IMG/VR virus record: IMGVR_UViG_3300046333_000120
Reading direction: 5' to 3' (one strand)
From: a virus
DNA length: 64,000 nt
Of the stretch, positions 20,844-30,740 are shown piece by piece (position 1 is the first letter of the stretch; each line of letters starts with the position of its first letter). The notes under the pieces are model-generated. The model did no database searches, was not told the DNA's origin, and was given only the letters and a program-made list of their open reading frames with translations. The translations under genes and the position numbers were made by a program.

Positions 20844-21761
20844 ATGGCAGAATTTGACATTTTTAACTTAGGTGTAGCAGATGTAGACACACATGAAACA
20901 CAAGCTTCTTCAGGAAGTGACCTTTACAAACCAACAGCAGACGATGGTAAAGACGGAACTTACAAAGCAATTATTCGTTTTGTTCCAAACCCATCAAATC
21001 CCCGAAACTCTTTAGTAAAAAAATACGTACACTGGCTTACAAACGCAGGCGGTGATGGTAAAATGGTAGATTCCCCTTCAACAGTAGGAGAAAAATGCCC
21101 AATAGCTGATGTATTTTTTAAATTACGTAAAAGTGATTCAGCAGTTGATCGTAAAATGAGTGATAAACTTAAAAGACGTGAGCAGTACTTTGCTCTAGTT
21201 AAAGTTATTAAAGATCCTCAAAACCCAGATTTAGAAGGACAATACAAAATCTTCAAATTTGGTTATAAAATCAAAGAAAAAATTGACGAAGAATTGAAAC
21301 CAGCGTTTGGTGAACCAACTCAAGTATTTGACCTATTTGCAGGTAAAAACTTTGAATTGATTATATCAAGACAAGGAGATTTCAATAACTACGATAAATC
21401 AAAATTCTCATCTTCAACCAGTGCTATTGACATGGCAGGTTCTCCAGCAGAAAGAACTAAAGAAGTTATGACAACAATCAAAACTGAATTGGATGCTGCA
21501 CCTTCATTAGAACCTTACGAGTACAAAACATGGGATGAAGAAACCAGAGATTTTGTTAATAATATCTTAAGAAATTATTTAAATCCAGGTGATTCAATGG
21601 ACTCTGTTATTTCAAAACCAGCAGCTAAAAAACCAGCAGCTAAAACTGAAAGTGCAAATACATCAAGTGACTTTGAATTTCCAAGCGAAATGACTTCAAG
21701 TCCAAATTCTGCAAGTGATGCAGATGATTTAGATGATTTTCTAAATGATTTAGGAGTTTAA
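20844..21761 (+). CDS. Single-stranded DNA-binding protein (T4 gp32-like)
   Basis: 'AIIRFVP', 'PSTVGEKCPI', 'VKVIKDPQNPDLEGQYKIFKFGYKIKEKI', 'NYDKSKF'; acidic tail DDLDDFLNDL. Confidence 0.9.
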   Translation: MAEFDIFNLGVADVDTHETQASSGSDLYKPTADDGKDGTYKAIIRFVPNPSNPRNSLVKKYVHWLTNAGGDGKMVDSPSTVGEKCPIADVFFKLRKSDSAVDRKMSDKLKRREQYFALVKVIKDPQNPDLEGQYKIFKFGYKIKEKIDEELKPAFGEPTQVFDLFAGKNFELIISRQGDFNNYDKSKFSSSTSAIDMAGSPAERTKEVMTTIKTELDAAPSLEPYEYKTWDEETRDFVNNILRNYLNPGDSMDSVISKPAAKKPAAKTESANTSSDFEFPSEMTSSPNSASDADDLDDFLNDLGV

Positions 21762-21781
21762 TCTTAAAATATAGTTAAATT

Positions 21782-21814
21782 AAATGGGTCAGGTGTAAAC
21801 TTGACCCATTTTTT
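21782..21814 (+). terminator. Intrinsic terminator
   Basis: AAATGGGTCAGG-tgtaaa-CTTGACCCATTT followed by a T tract. Confidence 0.75.
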
Positions 21815-21828
21815 ATATATAATATTAT

Positions 21829-22953
21829 ATGACAAGCCCAAAAATTACAGAAGAATTAAAATCAAAGATACGAAGTTTAGTTAAAGAAGCGATTGTTAAA
21901 GCCCATAATGAACCTTCTAAACATATGCTTAAGGAAATGCCAGGTAGGATTACAATGGCATGTCCATTTTGTGGTGATTCCAGTTCTGACCATAAGAAGA
22001 AGAGAGGTAATTTATACTGGGACACTCTACAATATCATTGTTTTAATTGTGGTACTCACTCGAATGCATACCAATTACTTAAGGAACATCATGTAAAATT
22101 TAAAAATACAGACGATTCAATCCAGGTTATTGATTACATTCAAGAACATAAGATGGAAACAAATCATATTGAAGTCTTAGAACATGACGTATTTAAATTA
22201 GCATATGATTTATCTCCAACAAGAACAGAACTTAAACAATGGTTTGACTTTTATGAAATACAACCAGGAGATCCTGCATTTTTCTATTTAAGAAATAGAT
22301 TACTATCTTCAAAATTAGATAGGTTTATGTATTCGCCAAAGGATAAAAGAATTGTAGTTCTTAATCTTGCACCAAAGGATAAAGTTATTGGATTTCAAAC
22401 GCGCTCACTTATTAAAAAAGCAAATTCAAGATATTTAACATATGACCTTGAAAAAATATATGAAGAGGCAGGAAAGGAACTTGTAATATCTGAAGAAGAA
22501 TTAGTAAGTGTTAAAAAGGTTTCGACATTATTTAATGTAATGATGGTTGATTTCGAAAGAGAAGTAACTATGTTTGAAGGACCTATTGACTCAATGTTTA
22601 TACCAAACTCTATTGGACTTGCAACCGCAGGTAGATCTACAGAGGAATTCGATGAAATTCCAACTATTAGATATATGTTCGATAATGATGTTACTGGTAA
22701 AAAGAAGATGATGGAAAAATTAAAAAGAGGTAGAAAGATATTTATATGGGAAAAATTCTTAAAAGAAACATCAATTGAAAAGGATTGGGATAATTTCCTT
22801 AAAAATATTGATAAAAATAATAGAGATAAATATCCTAAACAAATAGGTGATTTAAACGATTTGGTTATTGCGGCGTGGCTAACTAAGAATAAATGTTTAA
22901 GCAAATTGATGGATTATTTTACTAACTCTAAACTTGATGCATATCACTTATGA
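21829..22953 (+). CDS. DNA primase (T4 gp61-like)
   Basis: Zn finger CPFCGD...HCFNC; TOPRIM motifs EGPIDS and FDND. Confidence 0.9.
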   Translation: MTSPKITEELKSKIRSLVKEAIVKAHNEPSKHMLKEMPGRITMACPFCGDSSSDHKKKRGNLYWDTLQYHCFNCGTHSNAYQLLKEHHVKFKNTDDSIQVIDYIQEHKMETNHIEVLEHDVFKLAYDLSPTRTELKQWFDFYEIQPGDPAFFYLRNRLLSSKLDRFMYSPKDKRIVVLNLAPKDKVIGFQTRSLIKKANSRYLTYDLEKIYEEAGKELVISEEELVSVKKVSTLFNVMMVDFEREVTMFEGPIDSMFIPNSIGLATAGRSTEEFDEIPTIRYMFDNDVTGKKKMMEKLKRGRKIFIWEKFLKETSIEKDWDNFLKNIDKNNRDKYPKQIGDLNDLVIAAWLTKNKCLSKLMDYFTNSKLDAYHL

Positions 22954-23168
22954 TAAAAAAAGAATTTTTACAAATGATCGAAGAGCAATTCGAGGACTTT
23001 GAAAATGAGAGAAGTAAAAGAAAAAATCTAAAACTAATTATAGATTTTACATCCACTAGTATCTCACACGAAGGCAAGGAATTTACAATAACAAAACCAA
23101 AACTTAAGGCTAAGTTTAATAGTTCAGTGTATATTAAAGACAATAAAAAAGGAACCTCATTATTTTAA
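22950..23168 (+). CDS. Hypothetical protein, 72 aa
   Basis: ATGA overlap with the primase stop. Confidence 0.5.
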   Translation: MIKKEFLQMIEEQFEDFENERSKRKNLKLIIDFTSTSISHEGKEFTITKPKLKAKFNSSVYIKDNKKGTSLF

Positions 23169-23179
23169 ATAAGACTAAT

Positions 23180-23608
23180 ATGTCAGAAACAATTGATAAA
23201 ATACAACAGTTAGATGATTACTTAAGTAAACAAAGAACTGACTGGACTTCTAAAATAAAGGCATTGACTGAACAATTAAAGTTAGGTAATAATTTAGAAG
23301 AGGTTAGTGCATATACATTAAGTTACCGCCAAATATTAGTAGAACATTTGGCTACTATGGGAAATCGCATTAAATCGCAAAAGGCAACTGTAGATAAAAG
23401 GTATAGAGATAAATGGATCGAATACTTTAGTTATGATTATAAGCTTACCGATAAAATGCGCGAAAAATTTGTTGAAGCTGATATTTCAGACGATACACAA
23501 ATCCTTGAGTTATTAATTACTCAAAAAGGGTTTATTGAGGGATCAGTAAAAACACTTGATAATATGGGCTTTGCAATAAAGAATCGCCTAGATATTTCAA
23601 AGCTCTAG
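23180..23608 (+). CDS. uvsY: Recombination mediator (UvsY-like)
   Basis: Helical 142-aa protein ending 'LDNMGFAIKNRLDI' (UvsY-type C-terminus); adjacent to uvsW. Confidence 0.65.
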   Translation: MSETIDKIQQLDDYLSKQRTDWTSKIKALTEQLKLGNNLEEVSAYTLSYRQILVEHLATMGNRIKSQKATVDKRYRDKWIEYFSYDYKLTDKMREKFVEADISDDTQILELLITQKGFIEGSVKTLDNMGFAIKNRLDISKL

Positions 23609-23633
23609 GGCTTAAAAAAGATCATAATGAGAT

Positions 23634-25142
23634 TTGATTTTAACATTAACGGAAGACAATCAATTTTTAAGAATTGATGAATCAACTGAACTTGAGTTAG
23701 AGCAGATTAGAATTTCTTTAACAAAACGTATTGACTCTTGGAGATTTAATCCTTTAGTCAAACGAGGTGTGTGGGATGGTTATGTAACATATATTAAAGA
23801 TGATAAATGGATTCCTGCAGGTCTATGGCGATATGTCATGGGAATATGTAAAGACTATAGATTTGAATTAAAAATTAATGGAATCAAACGATTAATAGAT
23901 CCAAATATAAATGCAGAAACATTCGAAACATGGGCATATGGCCTATTTGAAGGTTCTAAGATAACTCCAAGGGATTACCAAGTAGATGCTGCATATAATA
24001 TATTAAAATTTAGAAAGTGTCTTGCTGAACTCGCAACATCAGCAGGTAAGACCCTAATTAGTTTTCTTACAATATCTTATATGCTAGAAAAAGGAACAGC
24101 ATCTAAGATATTATTTATAGTACCAAACGTTTCGCTAGTAGTACAAGCACATGAGGATTTTCATGACTATAACTTTAAAAATAGAATTGACTTAAGAATT
24201 CAACAAATTTTTGCAGGACAAAAGATCAAATCTAATAAGAATATAGTTATTGGTACTTACCAATCGTTAATCAAAAAGGATAAAGAATATTTTGAACAAT
24301 TCGATGCAGTAATTGTAGATGAAACACATAAGGCAAAATCAGCAAGTATTAAAACGATTTTACAAAAATGTACTAATGCTAAATATAGATTTGGTCTTTC
24401 AGGTACAATTCCAAAGGATGGAACTTTAGACAAATTAACATTAATGAGTCAAACTGGTCCTGTAATTGCAGAAGTTAAAGCAAGTTTTTTACAAAAAGAA
24501 GGACACATTGCCAAATGTGCAGTTAAAGTAATTGAAATGGATTATGCAACTGACAAGCAAAAAACAGCATTAATGGAATTAGCTCAAAATAAATATGAGA
24601 ATAAAGATGTATTTGCACTAGAACAAAACTTTGTTATAAATAATGCAGCACGACTTGATTTTATTTCAAATGTAATAGGTAGAGTACCAAAGAATAGTTT
24701 AGTACTTTTTCATAGAATAGAGCATGGTCAAAGGCTTTATGAAAAACTTAGGCAAGAAACTAATAAGAGAGTATTTTATGTAGACGGTGGAACTGCAACT
24801 GATATTAGAGAGGAATACAAAAAGAAAATGGAATCCGGAGAAGAAATTGTTATTGTTGCAAGTTATGGAACCTTTTCAACAGGTATATCAATTAAGAAAA
24901 TTCATAATATATTTTTTACAGAATCTTTTAAATCTGAAGTGATAATTAGACAATCAATTGGACGTGGACTTAGACAACATGAATCAAAGGACAAGGTATT
25001 AATTGTAGATTTTGTGGATAATATTAGAACAGTAGAATGGGATAATTATTTGTATAGACATGGCAAAGCAAGACAAGCAATATACAAACAAGAGAAATTT
25101 GAATACACCATAAAGAAAGTCAATTTTGAAGGAGATATATAA
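23634..25142 (+). CDS. uvsW: SF2 DNA helicase UvsW
   Basis: 'PRDYQ', 'ATSAGKT', 'VDETH', 'GLSGT', 'QSIGRGLR'; TTG start. Confidence 0.9.
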   Translation: MILTLTEDNQFLRIDESTELELEQIRISLTKRIDSWRFNPLVKRGVWDGYVTYIKDDKWIPAGLWRYVMGICKDYRFELKINGIKRLIDPNINAETFETWAYGLFEGSKITPRDYQVDAAYNILKFRKCLAELATSAGKTLISFLTISYMLEKGTASKILFIVPNVSLVVQAHEDFHDYNFKNRIDLRIQQIFAGQKIKSNKNIVIGTYQSLIKKDKEYFEQFDAVIVDETHKAKSASIKTILQKCTNAKYRFGLSGTIPKDGTLDKLTLMSQTGPVIAEVKASFLQKEGHIAKCAVKVIEMDYATDKQKTALMELAQNKYENKDVFALEQNFVINNAARLDFISNVIGRVPKNSLVLFHRIEHGQRLYEKLRQETNKRVFYVDGGTATDIREEYKKKMESGEEIVIVASYGTFSTGISIKKIHNIFFTESFKSEVIIRQSIGRGLRQHESKDKVLIVDFVDNIRTVEWDNYLYRHGKARQAIYKQEKFEYTIKKVNFEGDI

Positions 25143-25174
25143 ATATAATAACGTAATAAAAAAACAAATTAAAA

Positions 25175-27124
25175 ATGGCAGAAGTTAATAGAATCTCATC
25201 ATTTAAAAGTTTTTCAGAGATTAAATCTCAAGAAAATGAAACTAAATTAAGAGAAGAAAACAATCTAAAGAAACAAGAAACACTATCTAAAATTGAAGAA
25301 ATTTTAGATGAGATGGGATTAACAAATCTATCTGAAATCGATGAAGATTCTCAGACAGCTTTCATATCTAAATTGTTAGGTAAAGAAACGAATGAAGGTA
25401 ATGCATTTGTATATGCTGCAGGTAAAGCTAAGGCAGATGGGAAAAAAGAATTTGAATTTAATGGTAAAACTTATAAAGTAACTATTAAAGACACTGGCAT
25501 CAAAGAAGATAATGAGATTATCGATGAAGCAATTAGCAGAAGTATATATGATAGAATGGATGGACTTCACAATATTAAAGCTATGAAATCTTTAATTGAT
25601 TCTGCGAAGACTATCTTTGATGATTTATCTGAAGAAATGTTTGAATTTGATGAAATCTGTGATTTCATTGTAATGAAAATAAAGAAAAGTAAATTAGCAG
25701 GAATGTATGAATCTGTAAATGAAGCAAGAATTAAAGCTCCTACTGCACTTCAAGAAATTATTGATGGCAATACATCAAGAGCTGAAGGTATTAAATTATC
25801 AAAACCAATGGCTGAACATATATTGAATTGGATTAATACATCAGCGTATGGTAAAAAGTATGGCAAAGATTTACCGTTAAACATGGTTATTAAGGCTTCA
25901 TTTAGTTGGGGTATTGAAAGAGGTTTAGATCCTAAATTGAAATCTGAATTAGATACATTAAAAGATAGTATTAAAGAATCTGTAATCAATGAAGCCAAAG
26001 TTAAGCAATTTGATGCTGACTTTAATGACATGGTTAAAAATATCAAATCAGGTTATGGTTGGATTGATCCAGAATATGTCGCAGATACTTGGGAAAATTC
26101 AAGTGACTCTGTTGATTTTGAATTAGTTAAAGGAGAAATCTACAAAAGATTAATTGCAGCAGGTTTATTAGCATATCCAAATCCAGATGATGAAGAAAAG
26201 AAAGGTGTGCCTGTTAGAAAATTGCAAGAACTTGGTATTAAAGAATCTATTACAAACGAAGCAACTGTTGAAGTAGATGCAACAGATCCTAAAGATAAAA
26301 ACCTTGCAAAACTATTAAAGAAACATAAAGTTTCGTTGGAAGTAATCAATAAAAATGGACCATCCGGATGGCCTGAAGTTAAATTAACAGGAGATATTAA
26401 AGATCTTAAAGCAGTTTTAGCAGATTCTGAATATGGATGGGATGATGAAGGCTTAGCAGATTATATTGAAGAATCAGTAGTTAATGAAGCTGAGAAATTT
26501 AAAAGTACTAAAGACTTTGAAGATTTCTTAGAAGAAATTGATGGTATGCCAGAGAACAGAATCAAAAGAATCATGGGTAAAGATTATATCGATACTCCAG
26601 GTGGATATAGAGATGAAGCTGATGATTATGATAACGATATTACAGAATACATGATTTCTAACATGGGTAAATCTGATTTTAATGAACTTAAAACATGGTG
26701 GGAAACCAATGTTGCTGAATCATTTATTAGTGAATCAAGTATGGGAGAAATCGATCAAATGGCACAAGATGCTAAAGATTTCAAATCATTTGTAAAAGAA
26801 TTTACAAAAAAATACCATGATTTATCCAATACAGGAGAACCTGGACAATTTAAAGAATGGTTACAATCTGCTTATGATGCAGCAAAAGAAAACATGGATG
26901 AATCATCAGTTACTGAAGCTGAAGTTAGTTCTGATGATGAATTTAAAGAATATGCAATGGCTGTTTTGAAAAAAGCATTTGGAGAAGACTTTGATGAAGC
27001 TAAGGCTGGTGAAGTAGTTGATGGAATTCTTAAAAAATGTGATGGAGACTATGGCGCATGTGTTGGAATGCTAACAAGTTCTCTTGGAGAATCGAATGAT
27101 ACCACATCATCTCAAGAATCTTAA
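25175..27124 (+). CDS. Putative internal head polyprotein, 649 aa
   Basis: Late motif at 25134-42; eight linkers ending xxE|A/G/S, mostly ES-x(1-3)-(N/S/T)E, divide it into about nine modules. Confidence 0.55.
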   Translation: MAEVNRISSFKSFSEIKSQENETKLREENNLKKQETLSKIEEILDEMGLTNLSEIDEDSQTAFISKLLGKETNEGNAFVYAAGKAKADGKKEFEFNGKTYKVTIKDTGIKEDNEIIDEAISRSIYDRMDGLHNIKAMKSLIDSAKTIFDDLSEEMFEFDEICDFIVMKIKKSKLAGMYESVNEARIKAPTALQEIIDGNTSRAEGIKLSKPMAEHILNWINTSAYGKKYGKDLPLNMVIKASFSWGIERGLDPKLKSELDTLKDSIKESVINEAKVKQFDADFNDMVKNIKSGYGWIDPEYVADTWENSSDSVDFELVKGEIYKRLIAAGLLAYPNPDDEEKKGVPVRKLQELGIKESITNEATVEVDATDPKDKNLAKLLKKHKVSLEVINKNGPSGWPEVKLTGDIKDLKAVLADSEYGWDDEGLADYIEESVVNEAEKFKSTKDFEDFLEEIDGMPENRIKRIMGKDYIDTPGGYRDEADDYDNDITEYMISNMGKSDFNELKTWWETNVAESFISESSMGEIDQMAQDAKDFKSFVKEFTKKYHDLSNTGEPGQFKEWLQSAYDAAKENMDESSVTEAEVSSDDEFKEYAMAVLKKAFGEDFDEAKAGEVVDGILKKCDGDYGACVGMLTSSLGESNDTTSSQES

Positions 27125-27140
27125 AATAATTTGAATAAAT

Positions 27141-27176
27141 AATATGACCTGGATTTTTTCTAGGTCATATTTTTTT
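27141..27176 (+). terminator. Intrinsic terminator
   Basis: AATATGACCTGGA-ttttt-TCTAGGTCATATT followed by a T tract. Confidence 0.7.
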
Positions 27177-27190
27177 ATTATATTTACAAT

Positions 27191-28477
27191 ATGAAATCAA
27201 AAATCCTTAATTTTAATCAGTTTTTAACTGAAAAATACGAAGTAAGATTAAATGAACAACTCCTATTAGAAGGAGGTGCTGCAGGACATATGTCTCATCC
27301 ATTTGATGAAAGAGACCTTACATTTAGTGACTTTAAGAAAATAATCGAAGCAGGTCTTTCGGGAGATTTAACATTTGAAGAAGATCCAACTGAAAAAACA
27401 GATGGACAGAATGTCTTTGCTACTGTCCAAGATGGTCAAGTTAAATTTGCAAGAAATAAAACTGAACTTAAGAATCCAATGGATCTTAATACATTTAAAC
27501 AGAAATTTACAGGACATCCAAGCAAAATGGTTGAAGAGACATTTCAATTTGCTGCAGAAGATTTAGCACATGCACTTATTAAATTGTCAGCCAAAGATTT
27601 AGAAGCATTTGATAATGGTAAGAATTTCATGAATATGGAGCTTATATATTCTAAGAATCCTAATGTTATTTATTACGATAGAGACATCATACAGTTTCAT
27701 GGGATTAAAATAACTGACGGTGAGGGTAATATTATCGGAGATGATAATAAATATGCTAGATCTATTGCAAAGGCCTTAGAAGATGTCAAGGCACACATAG
27801 GAAAGGTATTTACTATTATTCCTCCACAAATTATCAAGATAGGTAAGGATATAGATTTTAATATTAATAAATCCAAATTTATTAAAAAGGTAGAAGACTT
27901 AAAGAATCGTTATAAATTAACAGATGCCGATGAGGTTTCTAAATATCATGAAATGTGGTGGAGAGAATTAATAGACCAAAATTTCCCAGATTTAACACAG
28001 GATTTTAAAGAAGGTTTATTATTAAGATGGGCATATGATGATAAGAAAACTCTTAATTTAAGAAGTTTAGATAAAGAACTTGGAAAAGATAAAGCAGAAC
28101 TTATTAAGAAGTTTGATAAAGAAGATGTTAAAAAGAAATATAAAGAAAACATTAGACCATTTGAGGATTTATTTCTTGAATTAGGAAGTGTTATCTTAAA
28201 GAATGCAAGTAACTTTGTTGCTGCAAACCCAAAGGCAGAAATGCAAAGATTACATACCCAGATTAGAACAGAAGCTGAAAATATTAAATTGAATGGTGAT
28301 ACTGCTCAAATTGATAAAGTAATGTCAGAGCTTGAAAGACTTGATAGAATTGGAGGTATTGAATCAATTATTCCTACTGAAGGTATTGTATTTGTTTACA
28401 AAGGAAAAACTATGAAACTTACAGGTACATTTGCTGCCATCAATCAATTAATGGGTATCATTAAGTATGGTAGATAA
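27191..28477 (+). CDS. RNA-ligase-fold nucleotidyltransferase (DUF6267-like) with capsid-targeting-like leader
   Basis: Motif I TEKTDG, motif IV EGIVF, motif V MKLTG; leader KILNFNQFLTE; 'LLE|GGAAGHMSHPFD'. Confidence 0.55.
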   Translation: MKSKILNFNQFLTEKYEVRLNEQLLLEGGAAGHMSHPFDERDLTFSDFKKIIEAGLSGDLTFEEDPTEKTDGQNVFATVQDGQVKFARNKTELKNPMDLNTFKQKFTGHPSKMVEETFQFAAEDLAHALIKLSAKDLEAFDNGKNFMNMELIYSKNPNVIYYDRDIIQFHGIKITDGEGNIIGDDNKYARSIAKALEDVKAHIGKVFTIIPPQIIKIGKDIDFNINKSKFIKKVEDLKNRYKLTDADEVSKYHEMWWRELIDQNFPDLTQDFKEGLLLRWAYDDKKTLNLRSLDKELGKDKAELIKKFDKEDVKKKYKENIRPFEDLFLELGSVILKNASNFVAANPKAEMQRLHTQIRTEAENIKLNGDTAQIDKVMSELERLDRIGGIESIIPTEGIVFVYKGKTMKLTGTFAAINQLMGIIKYGR

Positions 28478-28495
28478 ATAAAATAAATAATAGAC

Positions 28496-28813
28496 ATGAA
28501 ATATACACAAGCGTTTGAATCATTTATTAATGAAGCTACTGATAAACCAACTTTAGATTCTTCAACTGGATTAATCTATTACTTCGATATTCCTTTCACA
28601 TCAGAAGATATGGAAGAATTATTAAGTGCAAGTAAAATGGTATTAAATGGAAAATTTACTCCAAATAAACAGTTTGAAATCCAACCGATGATTTTTATTA
28701 AAGATAAAGTTAATGGTGGAGAACATACATTTAGTGTTACACAAATTGGATTATTAGGCTCTTTTTATAATAAGAACAAAGACAGTGTTGCATCTAGATC
28801 AGATTTCAATTAA
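28496..28813 (+). CDS. Small protein with capsid-targeting-like leader
   Basis: Starts MKYTQAFESFINE|A; GATAAATAA at 28473-81. Confidence 0.55.
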   Translation: MKYTQAFESFINEATDKPTLDSSTGLIYYFDIPFTSEDMEELLSASKMVLNGKFTPNKQFEIQPMIFIKDKVNGGEHTFSVTQIGLLGSFYNKNKDSVASRSDFN

Positions 28814-28828
28814 TATAATTTAATAAAA

Positions 28829-30724
28829 ATGGCATTACAAAAATTAAGAGAGTATTTTAACGAAACCAATAGAGAAAATTTTATTGAAATGTTAAAAAGT
28901 AGGGTGTTAGTGACTGAAAAGATTGCAGCACCATCTTTTCTTTTTAAAAGAAATACAGATGGATTTGAGTTTTATAAGTCTTCAACATCAGATAAATTAA
29001 ATTTTATTGATAGAACAGTTATATCACTATATGAAATGGCAATTAATCATTTACAGAGTTTACCAAGCGATGTAAAATCTCAGTTTCCATTAGATTGGAA
29101 ATTTGGATTTGAATATTTACCAGAAACCAAAGCGTCTAATATAGATTATGCCACAACTCCAACCAATAGTTTAATTCTTACACACATTCAACAATTGAGT
29201 GAAGGTGGAAAACTTAGAAAAACTATTAATGATCCATTAATTTTAAATAAATGGGCTAAATTATTAGAAGTGCAATCTCCCAGTGTTATTTTTGATGGTT
29301 ATATGTCACAACAACAAAGAGATGAACTTCTAACCGTATTATCAATGAGTGATAGAGAATTCTCAGATTCATTTGATTACGCAATAGAAACTGAAGATAA
29401 AACAAGTTTCACTTCAAAGATATTTAAGATGTTTAATCCAAATATCTATTCAACTGCACTAAATCCAGATCTTGAAACTGAAATTGATGGATTAGTTATA
29501 AACTTCATAGAAGCAAAAACAATGAAGTCATTTAAACTTGAAGATTTTTTAAGAGCTTCCGCTGATAAAAGAGATTTAAGAGCTTCTAGCCATACTTACC
29601 AAATTGCTGTAACTGATTTCTTAGAGTATATCATACAGCAAGATCTGAACGATATTAATTTAGAAGATGAACATGCCGATCATAGATACTTAGAATTAAT
29701 GTCAGTTTTATTTAATGGATATATTGATAAAAATTCTTCAAAATATATTGGTGTTAATTTTGAAAGTGCAGAATTTTCAGAAGCACAATCATTTAGATTA
29801 AATACCAAATATATTAAAAATGAAAAAACATTAAAATTTGTAAATAATGAAGTACTTGCTGAATTATTTAAAATGGTTTTAAGTTCTTTTAGAAAGAAAA
29901 GAACTAAAGAATCAGACTTAATTGACAAAGATACAATGTCAAGAATGAATGAAATTATTGATGCAATTAATGAAAAGATATTTGTAGAAAATACAGATGA
30001 AAATGCAATATACGATTATACTAATTTTATGTTACATAATAAGATTAAATCTTCAGTAAATTTAAATGAAGCTCTTACAGTAAAACACATGGAACAAGGT
30101 AAACAACCCGTAAATATGTTTGTTGGTAGATTTCAACCATTCACATTAGGGCACGCTAAGGTATTAGAAACAATGAATAAGGAAAATGGATTTCCAGTAG
30201 TTGTATTTTTAGTTAAATCTAAGGTTAAAAAGGGCGAGGAGTTTAGTAAACCATACGATGAAAAAACACAAGTTGATATGTTTAATCATGTCAAAAAACA
30301 ATATCCTTTTTTAAAGGAAATATATGTTGTTCCTAATGCTGCAATCGATACATTATATAATGAGATGAGACCGAAATATGAACCAGTATTATGGGGAACA
30401 GGATCTGATAGAATGAAAGGATATGGATATATGGTTAATAATGATTCTTATAGAGACCAATTAAATGCTAGGGCAGATTTTGGATTATTTGAGATTCCAA
30501 GAACAGACGATAATATTTCAGCAACCAAGGTTAGAAACGCAATGTTAGATGGAAATGAAAAAGATTTTCAGACAATGACACCTAAAGCTATTCATGGAAT
30601 GTATAAAGAATTAAAGTCAAAATTAGAAGATGCTATTGGAGTTGTTCACGAAAATATTGAAAATTCAGAAGAAATCATGACATTTGAACAATTCATAAAT
30701 AAATCTAAATATATAATCTTATAA
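28829..30724 (+). CDS. Fusion of a degenerate ligase-fold domain and an HxGH cytidylyltransferase-like domain
   Basis: N-terminal TEKIAA/DGLVI/FKL; C-terminal GRFQPFTLGH, GSDR, ISATKVR; linker LNE|A; C-terminal MTFEQFIN. Confidence 0.65.
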   Translation: MALQKLREYFNETNRENFIEMLKSRVLVTEKIAAPSFLFKRNTDGFEFYKSSTSDKLNFIDRTVISLYEMAINHLQSLPSDVKSQFPLDWKFGFEYLPETKASNIDYATTPTNSLILTHIQQLSEGGKLRKTINDPLILNKWAKLLEVQSPSVIFDGYMSQQQRDELLTVLSMSDREFSDSFDYAIETEDKTSFTSKIFKMFNPNIYSTALNPDLETEIDGLVINFIEAKTMKSFKLEDFLRASADKRDLRASSHTYQIAVTDFLEYIIQQDLNDINLEDEHADHRYLELMSVLFNGYIDKNSSKYIGVNFESAEFSEAQSFRLNTKYIKNEKTLKFVNNEVLAELFKMVLSSFRKKRTKESDLIDKDTMSRMNEIIDAINEKIFVENTDENAIYDYTNFMLHNKIKSSVNLNEALTVKHMEQGKQPVNMFVGRFQPFTLGHAKVLETMNKENGFPVVVFLVKSKVKKGEEFSKPYDEKTQVDMFNHVKKQYPFLKEIYVVPNAAIDTLYNEMRPKYEPVLWGTGSDRMKGYGYMVNNDSYRDQLNARADFGLFEIPRTDDNISATKVRNAMLDGNEKDFQTMTPKAIHGMYKELKSKLEDAIGVVHENIENSEEIMTFEQFINKSKYIIL

Positions 30725-30740
30725 AATAAAATTAAAATAA

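Noticed and set aside
21613-21645. AAAACCAGCAGCTAA duplication in the SSB gene
   Set aside because: An ordinary low-complexity KPAAK linker duplication.
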